NCBI RefSeq assembly: GCF_000150275.1
Contig: NW_002060955.1
Location: 660,886-724,885, forward strand
Direction of reading: 5' to 3'
Source of the DNA: Trichoplax adhaerens
Taxonomy: Eukaryota > Animalia > Placozoa
Length of the DNA stretch: 64,000 nucleotides
Within the stretch, counting starts at the first letter, position 1. Each line of letters starts with the position of its first letter. The translations under genes were made by a program, and so were the position numbers. Shown here one piece after another: positions 27,301-39,458 of this stretch. The notes under the pieces were generated by a model. That model was given only the letters and a program-made list of their open reading frames with translations. It made no database searches and was not told the origin of the DNA.

Positions 27301-30300
27301 CGATTCATATCGTCATCATATCGTTCTAATAAAACTGCTTTCAGTCGATCTCTGGCATCATCTTCAGCTTCTTCTTCTTCTTCTTCTTCTTCTTCTTCCT
27401 CTCCTAGCTCTTCTTCTAATAGAGCATCGACATCTTCCTCGTCCTCTTCATCTTCATCTTCTTCTTCACTATCTGATATGTCCGAATCACCATCTTCTCG
27501 CTTACGTTGTAACCGTTCTTCCCGCTCAGCTTGCCTGGCTGCTCTTTCAGCCTGTAATCAATTCATTTGTCGTGTTACGTGTACATTCAATTTATATACC
27601 TATTTAATCTACTAAAGAAATTGTTCGTTTTTGTTAGCCCTAACATAGCTCACTTTTACCTCACGTTCTCGTTTCCTCTCAGCAATTTCAACTAGTTTCT
27701 CTTCACGCCTTTGTTGATATTCTTCTTCCTAATGATCGCATCGACAAGATGATTGAATAAGGTTAATGATAAAATTATCATGGTAATAATTAATCTGTAA
27801 AAATTAAAACGCGACATACATATAAATATTGTATTATATTTACCTTTAACTTTCGTAGTCTTTCTTTTTCTTTTTCTCGCTTCTCAATTCTCTTATTCCG
27901 TTTAGTTTGCCACCTTTCCATCAGGGGAGGTAGTAACCGATCCATTACATCGGAATCATCAACACTTAAAATTATGATTATATCAGGGTAAAATCCTGCT
28001 TGCGCCATATAACGAACTTGATTTGAGGTACGTGGGAATCCTTCTAAAATAAAACCCTTTTTGCTGCAGTGTAAAGGGTACGAAAGATAAATTTGTTTCA
28101 ATGAAAATGCGCTAAAGAATAGCTAAACAATACCATTTCTATAGAATCACCAACATTATTAAGGTTTGTAGACCTTAGCACATTTTTAGGATATTAATTA
28201 CTTAGAATCAATAATAATATAATTTTAGTTCTATTTAGGGTAGGACTAACCGAAATGGGTCTTCGTCCCACCAAGGCTGAATAACTTTATCTAAAGTTTC
28301 GTCAGGAATAGGCTCATCATCTGCTAGATAAGCTCTTATTGCGTCTTCATCCTCATCTAGTTCAAGTTCATCATCTTCTTCTTCACCCTCCTCTTCAATG
28401 ATTCCACCCCGTGCATTATTAGCTTCCGCATTTGCTTTATCTTCATTGCTTGGTGCTATGTCTTCAATTAGTTCTTCTACATCATAACATAAGAAAAAGT
28501 TATTGATGTGTACTGACGAAATTGTCAAGATCTGTATGTTAATTATAACATACCATTGTCATGTTCTGAAATATCGTCTTGTAATTCTTCTTCTAGTTCA
28601 TCAACAATTCGCTTCTGAGTTTTGGTAATAATCAATTCTTGTAATCGTTCGCGGAACGTAATGTGAAATATTCCAAGTTGTTTACTCAACGTGCGACCAT
28701 AAAATGTTTTACCACTTCCTCGAGGTCCAATAATACAAATCCTTAACGGGGGAGGCTAACAATACAAGGCGCAGATAAGTATAATTTTAATTTAAGTAAG
28801 CAAAAGCTAAATGATGGAGAAATTTTAAGCTCAAGAAATTATAAAGTTTTACCTGTAAAGGCTTGCCATTTGATAGAAATAAATTTGGATTGTCCAAAAA
28901 CTGAGTTCTAGCATCATTGGATATAAAAAAGTAGGTATGCTCACGGAATCGAACTGCGGTATCTGGCGCGCCAGGGTGTAAAATATTGCGCTCTTTTAGA
29001 GTTACAGGACAGTAATGGCGTGTTTCACCAAAATTTTTACGCCCGCCGCCAGGGATTGTAAGATCATCCTCTTCATCTTCAAAATCTTCTTCTTCTTCAT
29101 CTAAATCGATACCGGTATATTCCCACGGTTGATGTTCAAATTGATCTATGACATACATACGCGCAAGGTTTTACATAGATGTTGCGATTACAATTTAATA
29201 AATGAGGAAAAATAAATGTACTACTAGTACATTAAAAATATAGCTACTTACATTCTACTTGTTTAATAAATTCATCACTTTGTTCTGCAAGATCAAGTTC
29301 ACATGGCACATGAATTGGATCGATCCCTAAGCCTTTGATTGATGGAAGGACATGAGACCAGTCGCGGTCAAAGAATTGTCTTGTTGTAACTTGTGCATGC
29401 CATTCAGGACATTCCGGTGGCATCATTCCCTAATATAAATTAAATGAATAGATCGTCATTGATAGGGATATATTAGTTTATTTCCTTCTAAATTTCAGCT
29501 AAATCAATTCATTCTTATTAGTTTACCTCCTCTGGTATCTTGTCTAATGCACTCATGAGAGTTTTTTCAAACTCTTCATCATCTCCAAGATCACCTATTC
29601 TTGACAATGATGCTTTTAATCGAATTTCTTCATCAATTAAAGCGTCTTCCTGAGCTTTAGCTAAATCTAATTTTGCTTTGGCTTCATCTTCATCGTCTTC
29701 GTCATCTTCATCTTCTTTTTTAGATTCGCGGTCTCTTTCATTTGATCCTAATGTAAAAATGAATATTGTATAGTAAGATAATTATTACCGATATGTACAG
29801 AACTTATCTTATAATTTCTTGATTTTATAAAGTTGTAATACCAGTATCTTCTTCTTCTTTACCGTCTTTGTCACCATCTTGATCATTACGCTCTTGCTTA
29901 TCTCGTAATTCTTTTTTCTTGTCAGTAATCTCTAATAGACGTTTAACAATTTCTTCTCGATCTTTTTTTGACTTTTCACGACGTGCAATCTCTATTACTT
30001 TTTTACTCTCACATTCTTCACTCACTCTATTTACTATAGTCTCGCGATTATTTTTGAACCATCGCTTGGCTAAGACACTTTGATCTCCGCTATCATCCAT
30101 AAATATCACATCATCAGGGATTAATCCACGATCAGCCATCAATGACCACTCATCTCTTGATCTAGGAAAGTTGTCCAGAATCCAGCTACCGAAGCTAAAA
30201 AAATATATTATCCTCAGTATTAATTCACCTCTAGAATATCAATCATGTTATTCATTTTCCTTAATAGTACACAGCATACAAGAATAAAAATTAATTATAC

Positions 30301-33300
30301 GCTTATTGGGCTTACATCTGCCCATTGCTGTCGGGGGATTCTTGCAATTCTGTTGATCTTTCAATTATAGCATCTTCAATTGCATCCGCGTACATCTCAG
30401 GTGTGACTCGAATTGAATCTGTATTGAAATTTTCCATTGTACTATTGACTAAAGCAACTACTTCCGGATGATCCGGTCCTATTTCTTGTTCATCAATTAC
30501 TTCATCATCGATTGGATCATCTACTTCTTCGTCATTTCCTTCGTCATCTGAAGCATTTGATGTACCTACGGTTGACAAAATCATTTTTCAGTAAAATATT
30601 TAATTGCTATATAATAGTAATGATCTAGTTTAGGACTAGCATTAATAGTAAGAGCAAATATCAAGACTTTAAAATACAGGTTATACTTTTAGAAGACAAT
30701 CTTCGCTCTTTCTGGGAAGCTCTTTCAGCTTCAAATTGCTGATTAGATTTAACAACTGATATAGCGTTCGCCAGTGCTTCTTCTTTTGCTTGTTTATAGA
30801 GATTATCTTTAACTGTTTGAAGATGTGGTTTAACTAATTCTTCAGCACTTAATACCTGTATTACCCACATTGTAAGTGCATAGCCATTAGAATATACTAG
30901 TTATGAATATAAGCATTATTATTTATTTATTATAGAAATAAAAACCTTAGCATTTAATTTATTCGCTATAGATTTGGACAAAATCGTTTTTCCAGAACCA
31001 GGCGGACCTAATACAGCCAATTTGCAAGGAATTTTAGGTAGTGGGGGTAGTAAGTAAGGCCTTGGATTTTTCATAAAAGCGTCCAGTGCTTCTTGAGAGG
31101 ACATAAAAAACATCTGTCCGAGGAAACTAATAAATATAATTTTGATAGTTACTATGTACAGTTATAGAAGCTGCACTAAGAATATCAGTTGAAGCTTTAA
31201 AATAGCATAAAGGGGTTTATTATTTACTCTATAATTACTATATATGCCTTCAATAGGGCATTGAGGTATAATTATATTGTAAATTTATAATAACTAAGTA
31301 TCTTGATTACGTAAAATGAAATCATTTATATTGTCATAAGAATTATAAATGATGCCATTAAATTATAGCTACGCCAAACACTGCATAAATATAAAGTATA
31401 GTATTGTATGTTGCATTCTACGATTAAAACAGTAACTTGAAGTTATTGCATTTCATATTACGGTATACATTATTAAAATACTCTTGCTGTTCATTTCACT
31501 ACAATTAACAGTTACTATGTAGTGTGTACAAGTGGAAGAGTAGTATTACCTAACGCCAAATTCGGGCTTGCCCATGACAATATTGCCCTGTCTCAATGCT
31601 ACAGGACAAGCTCTTCCCCAACGACTTCTTCGCCACCTAAATCGTGGTGCTAACATATTTACAACTCCCATTGTTCTCATTAAATCATCATTGTCTATGT
31701 CATCTTGTGGGATTTCGTCTTCATCATTTTGTAGTCTTGTTGGTACAATCACAGAACGAAGCTCGAAAGTACTGAGTTTTGCTAGTAAGGCCTACAATTT
31801 GCATTGAGTATTATGCAAATGATTAAGAATTTGTAAAATTTTAGTGTTTTTTTGAATTGCTTAATGCTATTTTAGTGTATATATATATATATACATATAA
31901 AAATATATTTATTTATATGGTGGATGTGTATATATAAATAATTTTTACGAACGATCTAACCAACCTTAAATAGTTCAATTGGAGCCAATTTAGCATCCAG
32001 TTCAATTAAATATTGCCTATCATGATCTGCCATATAATCCTATAACATTTTGAAGGGAGATAAAATATCGGTTCACAATTTGAAGTAATTCGATTATAAA
32101 TTATTGATGATTTTTTGATATCTTTAGTAAATACCTCTAGTGGCCTTAAAAGAATTTCTTTGTAATATTTAATGCTGTGCAGAATACGAGGAGAAAAATC
32201 TTCAGGCCTTCTAACTAATCTTTCGACTACTTCTTCAGTAAGTTCACCAATCATACTAAATACCTGTTAATAAAACAAAACTTACCATTAAAATCATAAC
32301 GTTTATTTTTTAAACATTCTGGATGGGACAGTTGATAGTTATATTTAGCTATTATCATTTAGCAAACTGCATACATCCTCTTCTATAATTTCGCCGCTAG
32401 TGATAGAATCCTCTTCATCTATTTCTTCTTCTTCTTCCTCAATACTCTCCTCTTCGTTATCTAAACTTTCATCTATTAACCGCTGGGGTTCATAGACTTC
32501 TTTTACGAAGACTTCATTGGTAACCGGATCAACTTTGAGATTAAGCCGACGATGATATAAATCCTGATCTGGAATCTGTATTGAAAGTAAATTACTATTG
32601 TAAGCGTTATGGTAACTTTGTAATTTAGTAGAGAAATTTATAGTTGATCGTCTATCCAGTGCAACCTTTAAGTTAACGATAAAGTCCGGTTTTAAAGGCC
32701 AAGACTGTATCGATTGTATCTGTTTTGCTGGGGTCATCCATTCGTTTGATGCAGACGGAAAATCATCCAAAACATACCCTGTAGTGATATTATTATAATT
32801 GTTATAATAACTCTTGGTAAAATTGGCAGACTTTGAATTAAAAGTTTTAGTAATGGACAACAGTTAACAGATATGACGTAATTACGTATTTTAATTAACA
32901 AATTTACCATGATGTTGCACTTCTGGAGATTCTAACTTATTTAACAAAATTTCCATTGCTAATTCTTCTGGCACACTGTCGCCATTGAGTAACAACTGCT
33001 TAGCCTAGATAATACAAGAAATTGATATTCAATTGGCATTAATTTAGCTCTTTAACTATAAAGATGAGTTTGATGGTAGCTTGACCAACCTTTAGGCCAA
33101 GCACAGTTTCTTCCTTTATCGCTTCTTCAAGCGTTTGAGTACAATTTACCAAGATGCATTTCCAAGTCTTGGCTAATCTTAACGCCAATGTGGTCTTGCC
33201 AGAACCCTAATGTGTGCAATCGTTGAAGCTCTCAGCTAACTTAGCCTAGTATATGGCATACTTTGTGCAGAGGTACTTACCGGTTTCCCAATAATGATAA

Positions 33301-33627
33301 AACAGGTTGGTTTAGTAGTTAAGACGTTCTTGAAAACCTATAGGAGGTAAACTTTAGCTTAGAGATATTCACATTTTTGCTGCGATAAAAATTTCGGTTA
33401 TGAACGATATTGATATTTGGATCATGATTCTACTGTAACCGTATACAGGTATGCGCAAAAAGAGTGTGGTATATTTTAATTTATCTAATGCACGGAAAAT
33501 CAAATTAAAGTAACTAAACAACATTAATACCTTCAGGCATTTGGAGTAATTATGATGATTATTATAAACTAACCTTATCATCGTCGTATTCATCCACCAT
33601 TTTTTGGTTGAAAATATTACTGTCCAT
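24317..33627 (-). CDS. AK9: Adenylate kinase 9 (large multi-domain AK/NDK with YHS-like CPV modules), many exons
   Basis: ATG at 33627; spliced N-terminus MDSNIFNQKMVDEYDDDK|VFKNVLTTKPTCFIIIGKP|GSGKTTLALRLAKTWKCILVN...KLESPEVQHHGYVLDDFP matches AK9 (LLSKPVCFVVFGKPGVGKTTLA...KLNSPEVCHFGY). Four P-loops (GKPGSGKT, GPPGSGKT, GPRGSGKT, GPPKSGKT), RWRRSRWGRACPVAL, FGETRHYCPVTL, SQFGWWCPV, ELKGYCPVTY, LPKKLPP...LPILGYLEQ...KPKHPFL, stop at 24317. Confidence 0.95.
25993..26008. repeat. (TA)n microsatellite in AK9 intron
   Basis: Visible TA run; similar runs at ~31878-31892 and ~62538-62553. Confidence 0.7.
27369..27398 (-). repeat. (GAA)10 coding trinucleotide repeat, poly-Glu in AK9
   Basis: (ttc)10 on + inside an AK9 exon reading EELGEEEEEEEEEEAEDDA on -. 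Confidence 0.85.
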
Positions 33628-33661
33628 GATTTAATAAATCATACTATCGATTTTGCTGATC

Positions 33662-33945
33662 CTGTGATCGAAAAGACGCGTACATTCAATTCAGATGAGT
33701 AGTACTATGACTATCGTTGAGGGTAATTTAGTGCAATTTAGTTAATATTAAATTAGGTTTAACATTACGCTACTGTACTGTAGATAGGTAATAAAACAAG
33801 AAATTATGATAAACTAGTTGTATTCAATGATCAAATAGATTAAGTGTCTGTAAAATTTTCGAATTTGTATCATTGAGTTTCTACCACCATCAATTGATCC
33901 AGTATACATACAAACATGAACGCAATCTTCATCAAGCTACCTTAC
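33662..33945 (-). other. Probable 5' UTR intron of AK9
   Basis: Minus-strand donor ttg|gtaagg at 33945 and acceptor cacag|g at 33662, 35 nt upstream of the ATG. Confidence 0.5.
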
Positions 33946-34108
33946 CAATTATTTTATCTGTGATGGAAGGTATCGCTTTTAGCCAACTATGCTAGATTGA
34001 TTATCCACTTTTTGCCAAGGAATAATTTACTCTTGTATATTACAAACGTTGTCAGGCTTGGGCTGATGTATGCTCTTCCCAGCTTGTCCACTATTCTGTA
34101 TATACGTG

Positions 34109-34122
34109 GTTACTATAGAAAC
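34109..34122. promoter_or_regulatory. RFX X-box upstream of AK9
   Basis: GTTACTATAGAAAC fits GTHNYYATRRNAAC with no mismatch, ~165 bp upstream of the inferred AK9 UTR-exon donor; AK9 is a ciliary/flagellar gene. Confidence 0.65.
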
Positions 34123-34159
34123 CAACTTGGTCTTGCTGACGGACTACGCGACTAACGCG

Positions 34160-34625
34160 AGTGTTCACTGTTCAGTGTTCAGTAGTCAGGAAAGCGTACT
34201 ACAGTACAGTATACCGTACGGTACATTATTGTTCATTGCACACTGTATTGTACACTGTACACTGTACAGTACTGATTCGACTCAGTTGGAACAGTCATAG
34301 TGCCCGTGATAGAAGATCTTGGCGTCTGCCTAGCCTGAGTCCTGTACAGTGTACAGTGTACACTGTACAGTACTGATTCGACTCAGTTGGGACAGTCCTA
34401 GCGTACAGTAATTCCGTCTGCCTAGCCTGAGAGTCCTGTACTGTACACTGTAGTGACTGTACAGTACAGTACATTACTGTACTAGCTTGAGTCTAATGCT
34501 ATTCCTGTACAGTGTACAGTACACAGTACACTGTAAATTGAAGATGTACTGTAAGGGTTTGTACTGTACTGTGTTCACTGTGTACAGTACAGTACAGTAC
34601 AGCACACTGTAGTACACAGTACTAG
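34160..34625. repeat. CTGTACAG/TACAGT/ACTGTA-rich quasi-palindromic island with an internal ~95 bp duplication
   Basis: Dozens of actgta/tacagt words; tacactgtacagtactgattcgactcagttgg at ~34259 and ~34359; cgtctgcctagcctgag at ~34323 and ~34416. Confidence 0.85.
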
Positions 34626-34721
34626 GGACCTTTATTAAAGTACAAAGTACTCTAAGGAAATTCTTTTCCATCTGTGTTGTGGCTAATTCCAGGCGTCCGT
34701 CAATCCCTCAACTTGCCTCAT

Positions 34722-34864
34722 TCAGAATGCATCAAACTCCGTTATATCACTTATATACCTCGCTGAAATGATTGTGAAATGGTATTACTATAGAATGTAA
34801 TGCATTTGTAGAGCTATTTCAGCCAAGAATACTTCTATAGTACAACGAGTTCGATGCATTCTGA
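34722..34864 (-). ncRNA. Candidate long-hairpin non-coding RNA (unassigned family)
   Basis: Inverted repeat 34722-34746 / 34841-34864 (12 bp perfect, then G-U pairs on the minus strand), inner stem gctgaaat/atttcagc and further nested pairing. The fold is seen in sequence; expression is not shown. Confidence 0.35.
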
Positions 34865-34899
34865 CTGCGAGCTAGCGTACTGCATAACATCTTCGATTG

Positions 34900-35150
34900 C
34901 CAAATTCTACGCTAGTACGACAATCTTGCATATCGTCCAGTACTGAACTTCGCAGGTCTTGTGTACAGTCTACTGCAGTACACTCAGTACGCAGTACTGT
35001 ATCGAGCAGTACAGTAGCGACTAGTGACTACGGATGTCGGAATACAGGACACCGGTCGACCACTAGGCAAATCGAGTGGTTCTGTCTATCTAGTCTGTCC
35101 ATGGCTCTTGACAGTGTCGTCATGCGTGTACAGTACTGTGTGCAGTAGTG
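34900..35150. repeat. Second CAGTAC/TACTG-rich island immediately upstream of ZNF277
   Basis: gtgtacagtctactgcagtacactcagtacgcagtactgtatcgagcagtacagtag and gtgtacagtactgtgtgcagtag; higher GC than flanks. Confidence 0.65.
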
Positions 35151-35225
35151 TGTGTCGGTCAAACGTTGAAGTCGAAGGGATGCTGTTGAGTTTCGAATCT
35201 CCTTTTCGTCAGAAAGTGTGCAACG

Positions 35226-38200
35226 ATGGATGATGGCAAAATTCCATGCCTTCTGTGCAATCAATTATTTCGTCATAAGGAAGAACTGCAAGATCATATG
35301 CAAAGCAATTACTCGTTAACTATTAATAGCATAGAATGCGTAGCTGATTTATCCAGGTAACAACTACTGTATAGTGAAGTCATTTAGACGGCGATGAAGT
35401 CGACATGAATACAGTACATCAGTACACCATTGCTACCAGCTAAAATTTGATTGCATCACTGACAGTCCCAATATACTCGCTATTCGATAGAAGAACTCTG
35501 TTGCTACCATGCTTGCGTAATAATGATGATGTATGCTAGTGAAATGCTATAGTTGACAATTTGGAATGGGTAGTAAGTGCTAGATGTGACAATGAATGAT
35601 ACGCGTATCATTATAATAAATGAATGAATGATTGATTCATCATGGCTAGCTTCTGTCCTCCTTGCAAGCCACGTAGGCTCATGTTGACCAATGATGGATG
35701 TACTTGCTCCATGTTATGTCTATATTTTGCTATCAAGGATATCACTGTCATGATGATATTGTATGGCTCGAATAGTATTGATGCAAAAGCTTGGATAGGT
35801 CTGCTATTCGGCTACGGTGTAGGAAAGCATAGTGTTAGTCGTAGCGGCGTAGGTATATTATTAATTACGAGTAATTATTGTACTACATTACTAGCCTGAC
35901 CTACAAAAGAATACAAACCATATTACTTTCGAATGGATGTTCTACTCAGTATACAGTTCTAGCTGTTATTCGGTCTAGCACAAGCATAGTAAAATCAAGT
36001 TCATCTAGGTTGCATTGTATACTATTACATTGAATAACATTGGATGGTACTAAGGTAGTTATCACTTAAAGATTGCTGACAAGAAGCAATGTTATTATGC
36101 CACATATCGCAAAGTTCATACATTACGCGTATTACTGTACTATTGGATACGACTATGATTGAAGATGGCAATTTTTCGGTGAGAATAGGTATTTAAAGTA
36201 TTGGAAAGACAGATTAACCATAGATAATTTCAAGGACCTTCTACCGTTCGATCATCAAATAGGTAAAATCTAAAATTTGGGATGCATTATTTTACAATTT
36301 ACTAGTAACTAGCAGTATAATTAATTGATTCTTTACATGTGCACGTACAAACTATAAGAGCTGTATGTGTTAGGCCGTGATAATGAAGATGACTGCAATC
36401 TTAGAGAGAAATTAAAAAAGGATACTTTGGTGAGTCTATGTAGAAGTTGTGCAATCTTACCGAAATAAAGCTTTTCATAAGCATAATACGAGCTTTGAAT
36501 GAAATCTCACTATCCCGAGTAACTTTAGATAAAATTTTATCGTGATGTATATCAGCTTGAAATTGAAATGTTAGACCGTATCACAATGCTTGTCATGCGG
36601 TATTTCCTATTATGACCTTTGCTGGTAATGACTAGACTTTAAGTGCGACAGTTGATCTCTTTTTCAATTTGTTGTATACGAGTAGTTAGCTGCCTTAGCT
36701 CAACAAGAACGAGAAAGGATGGACAGTGAACGGATGCTATCGTGTTTATTTTGTAAAAAATTATCAACTAGCAAAAGGTACTGCTGGTTAGCAAGTTAAA
36801 TACTTATCATCGAATGTTGGTCTAAAGTGTCTTGAAATTATTTCTAGTAATCAGCTTATTAAGTATAAAAATTCCAGAACTTATAGAATGTCTATTCTTT
36901 GAAATGAAATAGAAAGGAGTTACTAAATCATATGAATGAAGAGCATGCGTTTAATTTAGGCTTACCAGATAATCTAGGTAACCCTTGGTGACTACAGTAT
37001 TATGATTTTATTGCTATAGTTTCAATACATGGTGCCTCATAGGTTATTATAAATGCTCTTCATAGAGCTAACCCTTCAAAGCTGACTTTTATCAATTACG
37101 TTTTAACAGTTTACGTAGATCAGTTTTTAACCATCTTGAAATATAAGCTAGAACGGTATGATATTTTATTTTGTACGTTTACTTGAATTGCTTTCTACAG
37201 TGTAAAAGGATTAATCACAATTCGAAATATAAGTAATGAAAACTATTTTCTCGTAGATTTATTTGTTTATATTGCGAAAGAACTTTCCGCGATTCTACCA
37301 CGTTGAAAGACCACATGAGAAAGAAAAGGCATAGAAAAATTAATGCCAATAACAAGGAATACGATAAATTTTATATTATTAATTATCTAAGTAAGTACTC
37401 TTATATACCAAAATTCAAGAACTTGGAAATTTCCTTTTAGATTTACAAGTAAACAGACAGTATCATTACTAGCAAGTTAAAAATACAGACTGTGCTGCAC
37501 TGCATTAAATAGGATCCTGGTAAAGGTTGGAAGAATATTCAAGAAGAAGAGAACAGACAAGACGACAACGATACAGACAACTCGGATGAGTGAGAGACTT
37601 TTATAGCTAATTTGCAGTTATATAGGGGATAACTGACTATCTCATTAAAGTTTTGCTATAACCTTTCTGCAGGGAGTGGAGCGATGAATCTATCGATCAG
37701 GCTGCAAACGCTTCATGTTTGTTCTGTGATTTGACTTCCCAAGTCAATGATGTTGTCGTCCACTTGAACGTAAGGTTACTCATATAAGTTCTATAATATA
37801 GTAATTTTTAAACTTACTTACTGTCCGTAATCATTAGGATTTTCACAATTTTAATATTTCTGGTCTTGTGAAACAATTCGGTAAGAAACTATACTATATC
37901 TATACAAGAGTATAAATAAAGAAATAGTATAGTCCAATAATTTAATTTCCATAGATTCGAACAGAGCTATGTTACAATATTCTCGTGTGTATTTGGACTC
38001 ATAGGACTAAATATCTACGAACAGATAAAACTAATTAACTACTTACGATTAAAGGTAAGTCATGCAAGTAATAGTTCAATGAAAAATATTATTTGTACGA
38101 GATGCGTGAATCTATGTTAATGCCGATTTCTGTAACCGATAAAATTTAGATTTAGTTTATTAATGATTATAGAAATGTGACTTGGGTGTTAATAAATTAA

Positions 38201-38648
38201 TTAATTGTAGAAAAATGAAAATAAATGCGGATTTTGTGGCTGTCAGTGCGCCAGTGTGGAAGAATTTTCAACGCATGTTAATGGGGCTCATCTATGTTTT
38301 AATTCTGAAATCAAGGAGATTCAACTTCCCGCTAAAGAACATTGGAACCTATCACTGTATGTCACGTACCTGAAATGCTTTGATGTACTGTACCCATAGT
38401 GGGAAAAATATCTATTTGAATGCTTTCGTCGATGCAAGTACAGTACTGCTCCAATTTTGTTATTTTGGAGTATTACTGTACATCGTAAGCTAGCATTAAG
38501 TTACTTTTCTTTGGTTGCTATTGCCGGGCGGCATCATTACTAAATTGTTTTAATTTGAATTATCTGTAGATTTTTGTTCCCAGTCATTGAAGATGATCCA
38601 TTGCTATGTATATTAGAAGATGAATCCACTGATTGTTCGCCATTGTGA
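35226..38648 (+). CDS. ZNF277: Zinc finger protein 277 ortholog, multi-exon
   Basis: Exons read MDDGKIPCLLCNQLFRHKEELQDHMQ...VADLSR (35226-35356) | YLKYWKDRL (36189-36262) | LYVLGRDNEDDCNLREKL | QQERER...CLFCKK | LLNHMNEEHAFNLGLPDNL | VYVDQFL | CLYCERTFRDSTTLKDHMRKKRHRKINANNKEYDKFYIINYL | DPGKGW | EWSD...CLFC | LNIYEQIKLINYLR | CGFC | FLFPVIEDDPLLCIL...stop 38648. Matches ZNF277 (HAFNIGLPDNI; CLYCEKTFRDKNTLKDHMRKKQHRKINPKNREYDRFYVINYL). Missed by the ORF track because exons are short. Confidence 0.92.
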
Positions 38649-39458
38649 TTGTATAAACGATAGACTATAGTCTTTACGGAAATAACTCTAGATTAACGTT
38701 TGCTATAGTTGAGTACGAACTCACACGTTCATATGTATATACATGCACACTATGAAGCTTACGAAGAGAGGATAAATTATCTTCCACACCGTTAGTTAAA
38801 ATAGTTTTTACATTTTTATTTCAATCTTTACTACCCATCTATTTATTTGCTAGACTTAAATGGTTGTTTCTTATATTAATCGGTTAGCAGCTATTTAAAA
38901 ATTTTTTAAGTTGACGTGATGCAAGGTTAATTGCTATCAAATTGTAAGGCCTAAAAAGTTGTAACTATATGATTAATAACAATGCTGCTGTCGATATAAG
39001 ATGTAATTGATGTGATTACACTGTACCTGTACATATTGTTTAAAATTAATTAGTTAAGTACGGTATGCCAGTCAATGACTACAAGCCATTGCTATAAAGT
39101 TGCAGAATGAATTTGGCTTAATAAAAATAGAAAATTAAAATTGCAAATGCTCTGCATATATACAGTAAAAGAAATTTCTGCGATACTATGTTATTAGTAT
39201 TTCAGGTACACAGCACATTTTTTAAAATTGTAATTTGTAGCAGTTCAATTTTGTTTTCGAATTACAGCGATACTATATAACGCATTACCGCATGGGTGTG
39301 CAGTAAACGGGTATCACACGTATATACAAAATCAAAGTAAATTATTGTATTGCTAATCTGCCAAATCAGCATCGCATTACAAAGGGTAGAAAACGAGATA
39401 CAGCACAAATAATTGTAAATAAAAGATACTATTACGATATCGTCATTCCAGAATAACT

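Noticed and set aside
27266-27607. Plus-strand poly-Leu ORF, and other + ORFs inside AK9
   Set aside because: Antisense shadows of AK9 exons; poly-Leu is the reverse of the (GAA)n tract.
34765-34823. SECIS-like ATGA...GA in the inner hairpin
   Set aside because: No apical AA at the right spacing, not in a 3' UTR, and no in-frame TGA in neighbouring genes.
34070-35264. ORF-track entries rich in Y/S/T/V/C/L (also 44709-44981)
   Set aside because: Translations of the CTGTACAG low-complexity islands, open on both strands.
35747-35900. Possible box C/D snoRNA in ZNF277 intron 1 (ATGATGA ... CTGA)
   Set aside because: No terminal stem outside the boxes and no recognisable rRNA antisense element.
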